The notes under the pieces are model-generated. The model saw only the letters and a list, made by a program, of their open reading frames with translations, searched no databases and was not told the DNA's origin. This document shows, in pieces, positions 25,764 to 35,819 of a stretch of 64,000 bases of DNA. The stretch's first letter is position 1, and each line of letters starts with the position of its first letter. A program made the translations under genes and the position numbers. Source of the stretch: Stegostoma tigrinum (taxonomy: Eukaryota); contig NC_081400.1 of the NCBI RefSeq assembly GCF_030684315.1, positions 8,065,464-8,129,463 on the forward strand, given 5' to 3'.

Positions 25764-28390
25764 GACGACAAAATGTGAGGCTGGATGAACACAGCAGGCC
25801 AAGCAGCATCTCAGGAGCACAAAAGCTGACGTTTCGGGCCTAGACCCTTCATCAGAGAGGGGGATGGGGGGAGGGAACTGGAATAAATAGGGAGAGAGGG
25901 GGAGGCGGACCGAAGATGGAGAGTAAAGAAGATCGGTGGAGAGGGTGTAGGTGGGGAGGTAGGGAGGGGATAGGTCAGTCCAGGGAAGACGGACAGGTCA
26001 AGGAGGTGGGATGAGGTTAGTAGGTAGCTGGGGGTGCGGCTTGGGGTGGGAGGAAGGGATGGGTGAGAGGAAGAACCGGTTAGGGAGGCAGAGACAGGTT
26101 GGACTGGTTTTGGGATGCAGTGGGTGGGGGGGAAGAGCTGGGCTGGTTGTGTGGTGCAGTGGGGGGAGGGGATGAACTGGGCTGGTTTAGGGATGCAGTG
26201 GGGGAAGGGGAGATTTTGAAACTGGTGAAGTCCACATTGATACCATATGGCTGCAGGGTTCCCAGGCGGAATATGAGTTGCTGTTCCTGCAACCTTCGGG
26301 TGGCATCACTGTGGCAGTGCAGGAGGCCCATGATGGACATGTCATCAAGAGAATGGGAGGGGGAGTGGAAATGGTTCGCGACTGGGAGGTGCAGTTGTTT
26401 GTTGCGAACTGAGCGGAGGTGTTCTGCAAAGCGGTCCCCAAGCCTCCGCTTGGTTTCCCCAATGTAGAGAAAGCCGCACCGGGTACAGTGGATGCAGTAT
26501 ACCACATTGGCAGATGTGCAGGTGAACCTCTGCTTAATGTGGAATGTCATCTTGGGGCCTGGGATGGGGGTGAGGGAGGAGGTGTGGGGACAAGTGTAGC
26601 ATTTCCTGCGGTTGCAGGGGAAGGTGCCGGGTGTGGTGGGGTTGGAGGGCAGTGTGGAGCGAACAAGGGAGTCACGGAGAGAGTGGTCTCTCCGGAAAGC
26701 AGACAGGGGTGGGGATGGAAAAATGTCTTGGGTGGTGGGGTCGGATTGTAAATGGCGGAAGTGTCGGAGGATAATGCGTTGTATCCGGAGGTTGGTAGGG
26801 TGGTGTGTGAGAACGAGGGGGATCCTCTTGGGGCGGTTGTGGCGGGGGCGGGGTGTGAGGGATGTGTCGCGGGAAATGCGGGAGACGCGGTCAAGGGCGT
26901 TCTCAATCACCGTGGGGGGGAAGTTGCGGTCCTTAAAGAACTTGGACATCTGGGATGTGCGGGAGTGGAATGTCTTATCGTGGGAGCAGATGCGGCGGAG
27001 GCGGAGGAATTGGGAATAGGGGATGGAATTTTTGCAGGAGGGTGGGTGGGAGGAGGTGTATTCTAGGTAGCTGTGGGAGTCGGTGGGCTTGAAATGGACA
27101 TCAGTTACAAGCTGGTTGCCCGAGATGGAGACTGAGAGGTCCAGGAAGGTGAGGGATGTGCTGGAGATGGCCCAGGTGAACTGAAGGTTGGGGTGGAAGG
27201 TGTTGGTGAAATGGATGAACTGTTCGAGCTCCTCTGGGGAGCAAGAGGCGGCGCCGATACAGTCATCAATGTACCGGAGGAAGAGGTGGGGTTTGGGGCC
27301 TGTGTAGGTGCGGAAGATGGACTGTTCCACGTAACCTACAAAGAGGCAGGCATAGCTGGGGCCCATGCGGGTGCCCATGGCCACCCCCTTAGTCTGTAGG
27401 AAGTGGGAGGAGTCAAAAGAGAAGTTGTTGAGTGTGAGGACGAGTTCCGCTAGGCGGATGAGAGTGTCGGTGGAGGGGACCTGGTCGGGCCTGCGGGACA
27501 GGAAGAAGCGGAGGGCCTTGAGGCCATCTCCATGCGGAATGCAGGTGTACAGGGACTGGGCGTCCATGGTGAATATGAGGTGTTGGGGGCCAGGGAATTG
27601 GAAGTCCTGGAGGAGGTGGAGGGCGTGGGTGGTGTCACGGACATAGGTGGGGAGTTCCTGGACCAAAGGGGAGAAAATGGAGTCCAGATAGGTGGAGATG
27701 AGTTCGGTGGGGCAGGAGCAGGCTGAGACGATGGGTCGACCAGGGCAGGCAGGTTTGTGGATTTTGGGAAGGAGATAGAAACGGGCCGTGCGGGGTTGGG
27801 GAACAATGAGGTTGGAGGCTGTGGGTGGGAGGTCCCCTGAGGTGATGAGGTCATGAATGGTGTTGGAGATGATGGTTTGGTGCTCGGGTGTGGGGTCATG
27901 ATCGAGGAGGCGGTAGGAGGTGGTGTCGGAGAGTTGGCGTCTGGCCTCGGCGATGTAGAGGTCAGTACGCCATACTACCACTGCGCCACCCTTGTCTGCG
28001 GGTTTGATGGTGAGGTTGGGGTTGGAGCGGAGGGAGCGGAGGGCTGCCCGTTCTGCGGGGGAGAGGTTGGAGTGGGTGAGAGGGGTGGAGAGGTTGAGGC
28101 GGTTGATGTCTCGACGGCAGTTGGAGATGAAGAGGTCGAGGGAGGGTAGGAGGCCTGGGGGTGGTGTCCAGGAGGAGGACTTGTGTTGGAAGCGGGTGAA
28201 GGGGTCAGTGGAAGGAGGGTTGGGTTCCCGGTTGAAGAAGTAGGCATGCAGGCGAAGACGGCGGAAAAACTGCTCTATGTCCGACCGTGACTGGTATTCG
28301 TTGATGTGTGGTTGTAGGGGGACAAAGGTGAGCCCCTTGCTCAGGACTGACCGTTCGTCCTCAGTCAGTGGGAGGTCTGGGGGGATGGTG
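25764..28390 (-). mobile_element. Inverted 5'-truncated copy of the Neptune unit (corresponds to 30012-32638)
   Basis: Both segments are 2627 bp. The 772-aa minus ORF is nearly identical to the plus ORF; about 5 substitutions were noticed by eye. Confidence 0.95.
25826..25857 (-). ncRNA. Minimal hammerhead-ribozyme-like motif in the inverted arm
   Basis: Reverse complement of the same motif (ctgacgtttcgggcctagacccttcatcagag on the plus strand). Confidence 0.7.
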
Positions 28391-29086
28391 CAGAACACCT
28401 CCGCTCAGTTCGCAACAAACAACTGCACCTCCCAGTCGCGAACCATTTCCACTCCCCCTCCCATTCTCTTGATGACATGTCCATCATGGGCCTCCTGCAC
28501 TGCCACAGTGATGCCACCCGAAGGTTGCAGGAACAGCAACTCATATTCCGCCTGGGAACCCTGCAGCCACATGGTATCAATGTGGACTTCACCAGTTTCA
28601 AAATCTCCCCTTCCCCCACTGCATCCCTAAACCAGCCCAGTTCATCCCCTCCCCCCACTGCACCACACAACCAGCCCAGCTCTTCCCCCCCACCCACTGC
28701 ATCCCAAAACCAGTCCAACCTGTCTCTGCCTCCCTAACCGGTTCTTCCTCTCACCCATCCCTTCCTCCCACCCCAAGCCGCACCCCCAGCTACCTACTAA
28801 CCTCATCCCACCTCCTTGACCTGTCCGTCTTCCCTGGACTGACCTATCCCCTCCCTACCTCCCCACCTACACCCTCTCCACCTATCTTCTTTACTCTCCA
28901 TCTTCGGTCCGCCTCCCCCTCTCTCCCTATTTATTCCAGTTCCCTCCCCCCATCCCCCTCTCTGATGAAGGGTCTAGGCCCGAAACGTCAGCTTTTGTGC
29001 TCCTGAGATGCTGCTTGGCCTGCTGTGTTCATCCAGCCTCACATTTTGTCGACTTGGAATCTCCAGCATCTACAGTTCCCATTATC
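28389..29086 (+). repeat. 5' pLTR (direct repeat of ~31974-32671; offset 3585 bp)
   Basis: Repeats the end of the GIY-YIG coding region and the 3' UTR; about 4 differences from the 3' copy were noticed. Confidence 0.93.
28960..28991 (+). ncRNA. Minimal hammerhead-ribozyme-like motif in the 5' pLTR
   Basis: ct-CTGATGA-a-gggtc-ta-ggccc-GAAA-c-GTC-ag: both core boxes, a stem II and palindromic ACGT in place of stem III; stem I is only 2 bp. Confidence 0.7.
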
Positions 29087-29217
29087 TCTGATACTATTTT
29101 AACCTCACTGCGAAGCCTCTTCCAGGGATACCTAACCTGAAGAAGTTACCCTCCTCCCTCCGGACCAACCTCAGGGAATCTCTCTCCCATTGCAACTCTC
29201 TTGTAATCTCTTCGGCC

Positions 29218-32200
29218 TTGACACTGCTTGACCATGTCCTGAAGCAAACCAGGTACCACAGCCACATCACCTTTCTCAGCACCTGCCTACGGAACCAGAT
29301 CATCCCCAAGGGACTACAGTCTACATTTCAGCCTTCCCAATTTGGCCCCAACCGTGACCACCTCTACACCCAGAATATTCAGACCCTTCAGAAGCGATTC
29401 TCCCTGCGAGTCCTGAAACAGACACTCGCAGCCATGCGCCGGCACCTCCAGGCACTGCAATCCAGCCTGCCCCAGCTCAGAGCCTCCCTCTCCCAGACCT
29501 GCAAAGGACCCCTGCTGTTTTTTATCCTCCGCAGGATCCACAGACTGAACACCCAGTTCCACTCAGCTTTACTGGACACCAAAAATCGTAAGTACAACCA
29601 ACTCACGGGCCCCTGCCACCCACAAGAGGATTCCTGCGCCTCCCAAATCCCGACTCTGTCCCTACCCCTCCCCCACCATGCACCCGACGCCATTGACCAT
29701 GAGGACACGGCCGGAGACCCCACCGATGACGTCACATCCGCCTCCGCCGGCCACAGAACTTCCGGAACCGCTGCTGCAGTCACCACCTCCACGTCCAGGT
29801 ACTACAGCCCACACACCACCCTCACCTCAGCTGCTGCCGCCCACCCCGATCCTCCCACCGCCGACGGAACCCCGCCCACGGTCGACGCCGACGGAACCCC
29901 GCCCACGGCCGACGGAACCCCGCCCACGGCCAACGACATCATCGCTCCGCCCACAACCTCCACAGCCTGCAACCCCAGAGGAGACAGCCACACTGAGCCC
30001 TGCCGAATCTTCACCATCCCCCCAGACCTCCCACTGACTGAGGACGAACGGTCAGTCCTGAGCAAGGGGCTCACCTTTGTCCCCCTACAACCACACATCA
30101 ACGAATACCAGTCACGGTCGGACAGAGAGCAGTTTTTCCGCCGTCTTCGCCTCCACGCCTACTTCTTCAACCGGGAACCCAACCCTCCTTCCACTGACCC
30201 CTTCACCCGCTTCCAACACAAGTCCTCCTCCTGGACACCACCCCCAGGCCTCCTACCCTCCCTCGACCTCTTCATCTCCAACTGCCGTCGAGACATCAAC
30301 CGCCTCAACCTCTCCACCCCTCTCACCCACTCCAACCTCTCCCCCGCAGAACGGGCAGCCCTCCGCTCCCTCCGCTCCAACCCCAACCTCACCATCAAAC
30401 CCGCAGACAAGGGTGGCGCAGTGGTAGTATGGCGTACTGACCTCTACATCGCCGAGGCCAGACGCCAACTCTCCGACACCACCTCCTACCGCCTCCTCGA
30501 TCATGACCCCACACCCGAGCACCAAACCATCATCTCCAACACCATTCATGACCTCATCACCTCAGGGGACCTCCCACCCACAGCCTCCAACCTCATTGTT
30601 CCCCAACCCCGCACGGCCCGTTTCTATCTCCTTCCCAAAATCCACAAACCTGCCTGCCCTGGTCGACCCATCGTCTCAGCCTGCTCCTGCCCCACCGAAC
30701 TCATCTCCACCTATCTGGACTCCATTTTCTCCCCTTTGGTCCAGGAACTCCCCACCTATGTCCGTGACACCACCCACGCCCTCCACCTCCTCCAGGACTT
30801 CCAATTCCCTGGCCCCCAACACCTCATATTCACCATGGACGTCCAGTCCCTGTACACCTGCATTCCGCATGGAGATGGCCTCAAGGCCCTCCGCTTCTTC
30901 CTGTCCCGCAGGCCCGACCAGGTCCCCTCCACCGACACTCTCATCCGCCTAGCGGAACTCGTCCTCACACTCAACAACTTCTCTTTTGACTCCTCCCACT
31001 TCCTACAGACTAAGGGGGTGGCCATGGGCACCCGCATGGGCCCCAGCTATGCCTGCCTCTTTGTAGGTTACGTGGAACAGTCCATCTTCCGCACCTACAC
31101 AGGCCCCAAACCCCACCTCTTCCTCCGGTACATTGATGACTGTATCGGCGCCGCCTCTTGCTCCCCAGAGGAGCTCGAACAGTTCATCCATTTCACCAAC
31201 ACCTTCCACCCCAACCTTCAGTTCACCTGGGCCATCTCCAGCACATCCCTCACCTTCCTGGACCTCTCAGTCTCCATCTCGGGCAACCAGCTTGTAACTG
31301 ATGTCCATTTCAAGCCCACCGACTCCCACAGCTACCTAGAATACACCTCCTCCCACCCACCCTCCTGCAAAAATTCCATCCCCTATTCCCAATTCCTCCG
31401 CCTCCGCCGCATCTGCTCCCACGATAAGACATTCCACTCCCGCACATCCCAGATGTCCAAGTTCTTTAAGGACCGCAACTTCCCCCCCACGGTGATTGAG
31501 AACGCCCTTGACCGCGTCTCCCGCATTTCCCGCGACACATCCCTCACACCCCGCCCCCGCCACAACCGCCCCAAGAGGATCCCCCTCGTTCTCACACACC
31601 ACCCTACCAACCTCCGGATACAACGCATTATCCTCCGACACTTCCGCCATTTACAATCCGACCCCACCACCCAAGACATTTTTCCATCCCCACCCCTGTC
31701 TGCTTTCCGGAGAGACCACTCTCTCCGTGACTCCCTTGTTCGCTCCACACTGCCCTCCAACCCCACCACACCCGGCACCTTCCCCTGCAACCGCAGGAAA
31801 TGCTACACTTGTCCCCACACCTCCTCCCTCACCCCCATCCCAGGCCCCAAGATGACATTCCACATTAAGCAGAGGTTCACCTGCACATCTGCCAATGTGG
31901 TATACTGCATCCACTGTACCCGGTGCGGCTTTCTCTACATTGGGGAAACCAAGCGGAGGTTTGGGGACCGCTTTGCAGAACACCTCCGCTCAGTTCGCAA
32001 CAAACAACTGCACCTCCCAGTCGCGAACCATTTCCACTCCCCCTCCCATTCTCTTGATGACATGTCCATCATGGGCCTCCTGCACTGCCACAGTGATGCC
32101 ACCCGAAGGTTGCAGGAACAGCAACTCATATTCCGCCTGGGAACCCTGCAGCCATATGGTATCAATGTGGACTTCACCAGTTTCAAAATCTCCCCTTCCC

Positions 32201-32322
32201 CCACTGCATCCCTAAACCAGCCCAGTTCATCCCCTCCCCCCACTGCACCACACAACCAGCCCAGCTCTTCCCCCCCACCCACTGCATCCCAAAACCAGTC
32301 CAACCTGTCTCTGCCTCCCTAA
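29218..32322 (+). CDS. Penelope-like (Neptune) polyprotein: reverse transcriptase + Cys linker + GIY-YIG endonuclease
   Basis: 1034-aa uninterrupted ORF with IKPADKGG, LLPKIHK, GRPIVS, MDVQSLYT, GVAMG, RYIDD and FLD; CNRRKCYTC linker; VVYCIHCTRC..LYIGET..RFAEH. The frame is open from 29092. Confidence 0.95.
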   Translation: MTLLDHVLKQTRYHSHITFLSTCLRNQIIPKGLQSTFQPSQFGPNRDHLYTQNIQTLQKRFSLRVLKQTLAAMRRHLQALQSSLPQLRASLSQTCKGPLLFFILRRIHRLNTQFHSALLDTKNRKYNQLTGPCHPQEDSCASQIPTLSLPLPHHAPDAIDHEDTAGDPTDDVTSASAGHRTSGTAAAVTTSTSRYYSPHTTLTSAAAAHPDPPTADGTPPTVDADGTPPTADGTPPTANDIIAPPTTSTACNPRGDSHTEPCRIFTIPPDLPLTEDERSVLSKGLTFVPLQPHINEYQSRSDREQFFRRLRLHAYFFNREPNPPSTDPFTRFQHKSSSWTPPPGLLPSLDLFISNCRRDINRLNLSTPLTHSNLSPAERAALRSLRSNPNLTIKPADKGGAVVVWRTDLYIAEARRQLSDTTSYRLLDHDPTPEHQTIISNTIHDLITSGDLPPTASNLIVPQPRTARFYLLPKIHKPACPGRPIVSACSCPTELISTYLDSIFSPLVQELPTYVRDTTHALHLLQDFQFPGPQHLIFTMDVQSLYTCIPHGDGLKALRFFLSRRPDQVPSTDTLIRLAELVLTLNNFSFDSSHFLQTKGVAMGTRMGPSYACLFVGYVEQSIFRTYTGPKPHLFLRYIDDCIGAASCSPEELEQFIHFTNTFHPNLQFTWAISSTSLTFLDLSVSISGNQLVTDVHFKPTDSHSYLEYTSSHPPSCKNSIPYSQFLRLRRICSHDKTFHSRTSQMSKFFKDRNFPPTVIENALDRVSRISRDTSLTPRPRHNRPKRIPLVLTHHPTNLRIQRIILRHFRHLQSDPTTQDIFPSPPLSAFRRDHSLRDSLVRSTLPSNPTTPGTFPCNRRKCYTCPHTSSLTPIPGPKMTFHIKQRFTCTSANVVYCIHCTRCGFLYIGETKRRFGDRFAEHLRSVRNKQLHLPVANHFHSPSHSLDDMSIMGLLHCHSDATRRLQEQQLIFRLGTLQPYGINVDFTSFKISPSPTASLNQPSSSPPPTAPHNQPSSSPPPTASQNQSNLSLPP

Positions 32323-32544
32323 CCGGTTCTTCCTCTCACCCATCCCTTCCTCCCACCCCAAGCCGCACCCCCAGCTACCTACTAACCTCATCCCACCTCC
32401 TTGACCTGTCCGTCTTCCCTGGACTGACCTATCCCCTCCCTACCTCCCCACCTACACCCTCTCCACCGATCTTCTTTACTCTCCATCTTCGGTCCGCCTC
32501 CCCCTCTCTCCCTATTTATTCCAGTTCCCTCCCCCCATCCCCCT

Positions 32545-32576
32545 CTCTGATGAAGGGTCTAGGCCCGAAACGTCAG
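32545..32576 (+). ncRNA. Minimal hammerhead-ribozyme-like motif, 3' copy
   Basis: Identical motif: CTGATGA at 32547, GAAA at 32567, GTC at 32572. Confidence 0.7.
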
Positions 32577-33311
32577 CTTTTGTGCTCCTGAGATGCTGCT
32601 TGGCCTGCTGTGTTCATCCAGCCTCACATTTTGTCGTCTTGGAATCTCCAGCATCTGCAGTTCCCATTATCCCAAATCTACTACCATTGCAGGCAAAGCG
32701 TTCCATTCCTTTACTACTCTCTGAGTAAAGAAACTACCTCTGACGTCTGTCCTATATCTTTCACCCCTCAATTTAAAGCTATGCCCCCTCATGCTCGTTG
32801 TCACCATCCGAGGAAAAAGGCTCTCCCTATCCACCCTATCTAACCCTCTGATTATTATATATGTCTCAATTCAGTCATCTCTCAACCTTCTTCTCTCTAA
32901 TGAAAACAGCCTCAAGTCCCTCAGCCTTTCTTCGTAAGACCTTCCCTCCATACCAGGCAACATCCTAGTAAATCTCCTCTGCACCCTTTCCAAAGCTTCC
33001 ACATCCTTCTTATACTGCGGTGACCAGAACTGTACGCAATACTCCAAGTGTGGCCTCACCAGAGTTTTGTACAGCTGCAGCATAACCTCTTGGTTCCTCA
33101 ACTCGGTCCCTCTATTAATAAAAGCTAAAGCACTGTATGCCTTCTTAACAGCCCTGTCAACCCGGGCGGCAACTTTCAAGGATCTGTGTACATGGGCACC
33201 GAGATCTCCCTGCTTATCTACACTACCCAGAATCTTACCATTAGCCCAGTACTTTGCCTTCCGGTTACTCCTACCAAAGTGCATCACCTCACACTTGTAC
33301 GCATTAAACTC

Positions 33312-33489
33312 CAATCCTCTCCCCACCCCATACCCTCTCCTGGAAGTGCATGATTTCTTTTTTTCTGGCTTATTTCAATGAATGTTTTAATGCTTTGGAC
33401 TACAGTAACCTCACGATGCATTAAAAGTGAAGAGTGCAAAAGAGCGTTTTCTTTTAACCATCACTTCTTTTTCAATTCATTCAAGCTGG
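33312..33489 (-). repeat. Arm B of the inverted duplication, fused to the CR1 5' truncation point
   Basis: Reverse complement of 25338-25514; begins where CR1 homology stops (aaactcca|atcctc). Confidence 0.92.
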
Positions 33490-34458
33490 ATTCACAAAAA
33501 TATGCAATAAAGAGTCTAATGATGGCCAAGCATCCATTTCCAATTGTTAGGAAACACTCTTTGCTTTGCTTCAAGAATTGAAGAGGAAGGCATGCACTTG
33601 TCTGTATCAGTGTTGTTGAGCTGGAAGTGATCTACAGCTTCAAGTTCCTGGGAATGACCCTCACCAGGAATCTATTCTGGCCCATTCACATCGCTTCAGT
33701 CAAGCAAGTGCACCAGAAGGCTAAGGAAATTGGGCATGTCAACAATGACATCTATTAATTGAAATAAATCCACCATTAAGAGCATTCTAGCCAGATCTTT
33801 CACAACTTGGCATGGCAACAGTTTTGTCTAAGAATGCAAGAAATTACATCAAGTTGTGAACACAGGCAGGACGTCACAAAAACAATCGTTTCTTCCATTG
33901 ACTCCGTTTCCACTTCCCGTTTCATCGAGGAAATAGCTAACATACTCACACAGCTCTTCAATCCCTGGTTTCACTCTCAACCATGTGCTTCCGTGGACGG
34001 AATATGCAGAAGTTTGGAAACATATGCCAACAGATTTAACAAACTTTCTTTCTCGCTTTTATCAGAATTAAGAACGGAATTCTCAAATCTTAGAGTTGAT
34101 CTGTTTCTGCACCTTCTCTGTAGTTGGAACACTATATTCTGAATCCTGTTCTATTATACCTCTATAATTATGCGAGGTACGATTTGTCTGGTGAGCACTC
34201 AAGAACAAAAGAAATCACTCTATCTCAGTACAAGTGAAAATAATAAATCAAATTAAATCAAGTGACAATGCCCTTTAGGGAAGAAAACTGTCATATATAA
34301 CTGACCCAGTCTGTTTGTGTATCCCAATCAATGGCAATGTGATTGACAGTTAACTGCCCTCTAGTTAGTCTCTGCTGACTGACCCTGCGTCTCATCCATT
34401 CTGTGAATGAATAATAATAATAAAAAGAACATGAGAAATAAATAAATTAAGCACTTAC

Positions 34459-34502
34459 CTCCTGTGTTTGCCCATGTGGTCGCACATCAGTTTTCCAGTT
34501 TC
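34459..34502 (-). CDS. Exon: first cytoplasmic exon
   Basis: Acceptor ctttgcctttgtatcag, consensus donor GAG|gtaagt; 44 nt, phase 1 to phase 0; encodes (G)NWKTDVRPHGQTQE; 136-nt intron after the TM exon. Confidence 0.85.
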
Positions 34503-34638
34503 CTGATACAAAGGCAAAGTTAATAGGTCATAAAGTATCATCTCCATCAGGTTACTAAGGTGCAGCATTGCACAGCACAATAATGTAAAGGCAGGGTATA
34601 GATCCCAATGGATTTCCACCACAAAAAACATTCCATAC

Positions 34639-34749
34639 CTGAAAGCTGATTCCTGAATCCCCATCCCGTTATAATAGTCAGTACAAGGAGGAGGAAGATT
34701 ATCACTAACAAACTCGCATAAATCTGGAAAAGGCAAACAGGATGTCGTG
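34639..34749 (-). CDS. Exon: connecting peptide (with Cys) plus transmembrane helix
   Basis: Acceptor ctc(t)n-cttcataag; the phase-1 frame gives ARHPVCLFQIYASLLVIIFLLLVLTIITGWGFRNQLS(G); donor CAG|gtatgg; 111 nt keeps phase 1. This frame differs from the one reported in the ORF track. Confidence 0.88.
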
Positions 34750-35819
34750 CTTATGAAGAAAAAAAAAGAGATTACTTAAAAATATATAATCTGCATCAAT
34801 TTCCAGTTATAGAGAACTAATAGAAACAAAACCAAGAAACACATTTTCTGAAGAAGGATCTAGCGAAATAACAGCCTTCCTGTTCCTCTGATGCTTGGCC
34901 TGCTGTGTTCATCCAGCTCTACACCTTGTTATCTCAAACATATTTGGGGATGGGAGTAATTTGGTAGCCTGGTGAAAAAAACACAAGTAGAATGGTGGAA
35001 AGCACCCACGTGAGTGTATGGTGTATGTGTATGTGTGTGTGCATGTGCGCGTGCATGCGCGTGTGTATGTGTCAGAGAGAGGAACGACTAAGTTATGCAA
35101 ATAAGATTTGAGAATACAACAACATTTCTTTGTCATGTAGAGCAAAGAATGACGTTCTAATATTTTCCAAGTGCCGGTGGTTTCATGTTATATGAATCCT
35201 AATTTTATCCCTTGACTAGGATTTATCCTCAGTTGCCTGTATCTATTCATGTAAAATCTAAATTCCCCTTTGTCTCCTAGAGTGGTAAATCTCAACATTT
35301 TTTCCAAACGCAGCAATATGCAGTTATCCCAATTCTATACGTTTAGTCTCACATTTAACTTCTCTCGCTTAATTCCTCGCATCTTTTTCAGAACATACCC
35401 TATTGTTTGTATACACTGACCAGTATGATCAGACATCATTGATTGCTGGAATTTCGAACAAATATTGTCGACTTTAAAATTTGCCTCTAAAATTGTTTGA
35501 CATGTCAATAAGAGAAATTTTAAAGGAGATATGCAAGATGTTCAAAGTGATTTTTTTTTCACAGAGCGTGGTAAATGGCTGGAATGATCTGCCAGCGGAG
35601 GCGGACAATACAACACTTAAGACAAAATTAGACAGGAACATATGAGATATGGATAATATACAGCAGATGGGATTAGGTTGGAATGGTATGATGTGGGCAC
35701 ATATTGTGTGCTGTGCTGTTCCAAGTTCATGACATTGAAGATGGCTTCAGTTTTACAAATTAATTTTTGTTCTCCTTATCAAGCTGCACCTTCTCATTTG
35801 TAATTCTCAAAACTTCCAG

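Larger units (their letters stand above)
25764..32672. mobile_element. Young Neptune-type Penelope-like element composite: inverted arm + pLTR + full unit
   Basis: Flanked by identical 15-mers CAAATCTACTACCAT (25749-25763 and 32673-32687). Internal parts: inverted copy 25764-28390, direct partial repeat 28389 to ~29086, full unit to 32672. Confidence 0.96.
25596..33313 (-). mobile_element. 5'-truncated CR1 LINE (pieces 25596-25763 and 32673-33313) split by the Penelope insertion
   Basis: (CATAGAA)n tail at 25596; ORF 32871-33326 encodes KCEVMHFG..LYKTLVRPHLEYCVQFWSP..LFSLERRRLR; the sequence is continuous across the TSD. Confidence 0.93.

Noticed and set aside
26080-28398. 772-aa minus-strand ORF as an independent gene
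   Set aside because: It is the inverted truncated Neptune copy; its apparent start comes from reading across the inversion junction.
34455-34736. 93-aa ORF MPFPDLCEF.. as a protein
   Set aside because: It reads the TM exon in the wrong frame and runs through the intron; the spliced frame gives a clear TM helix.
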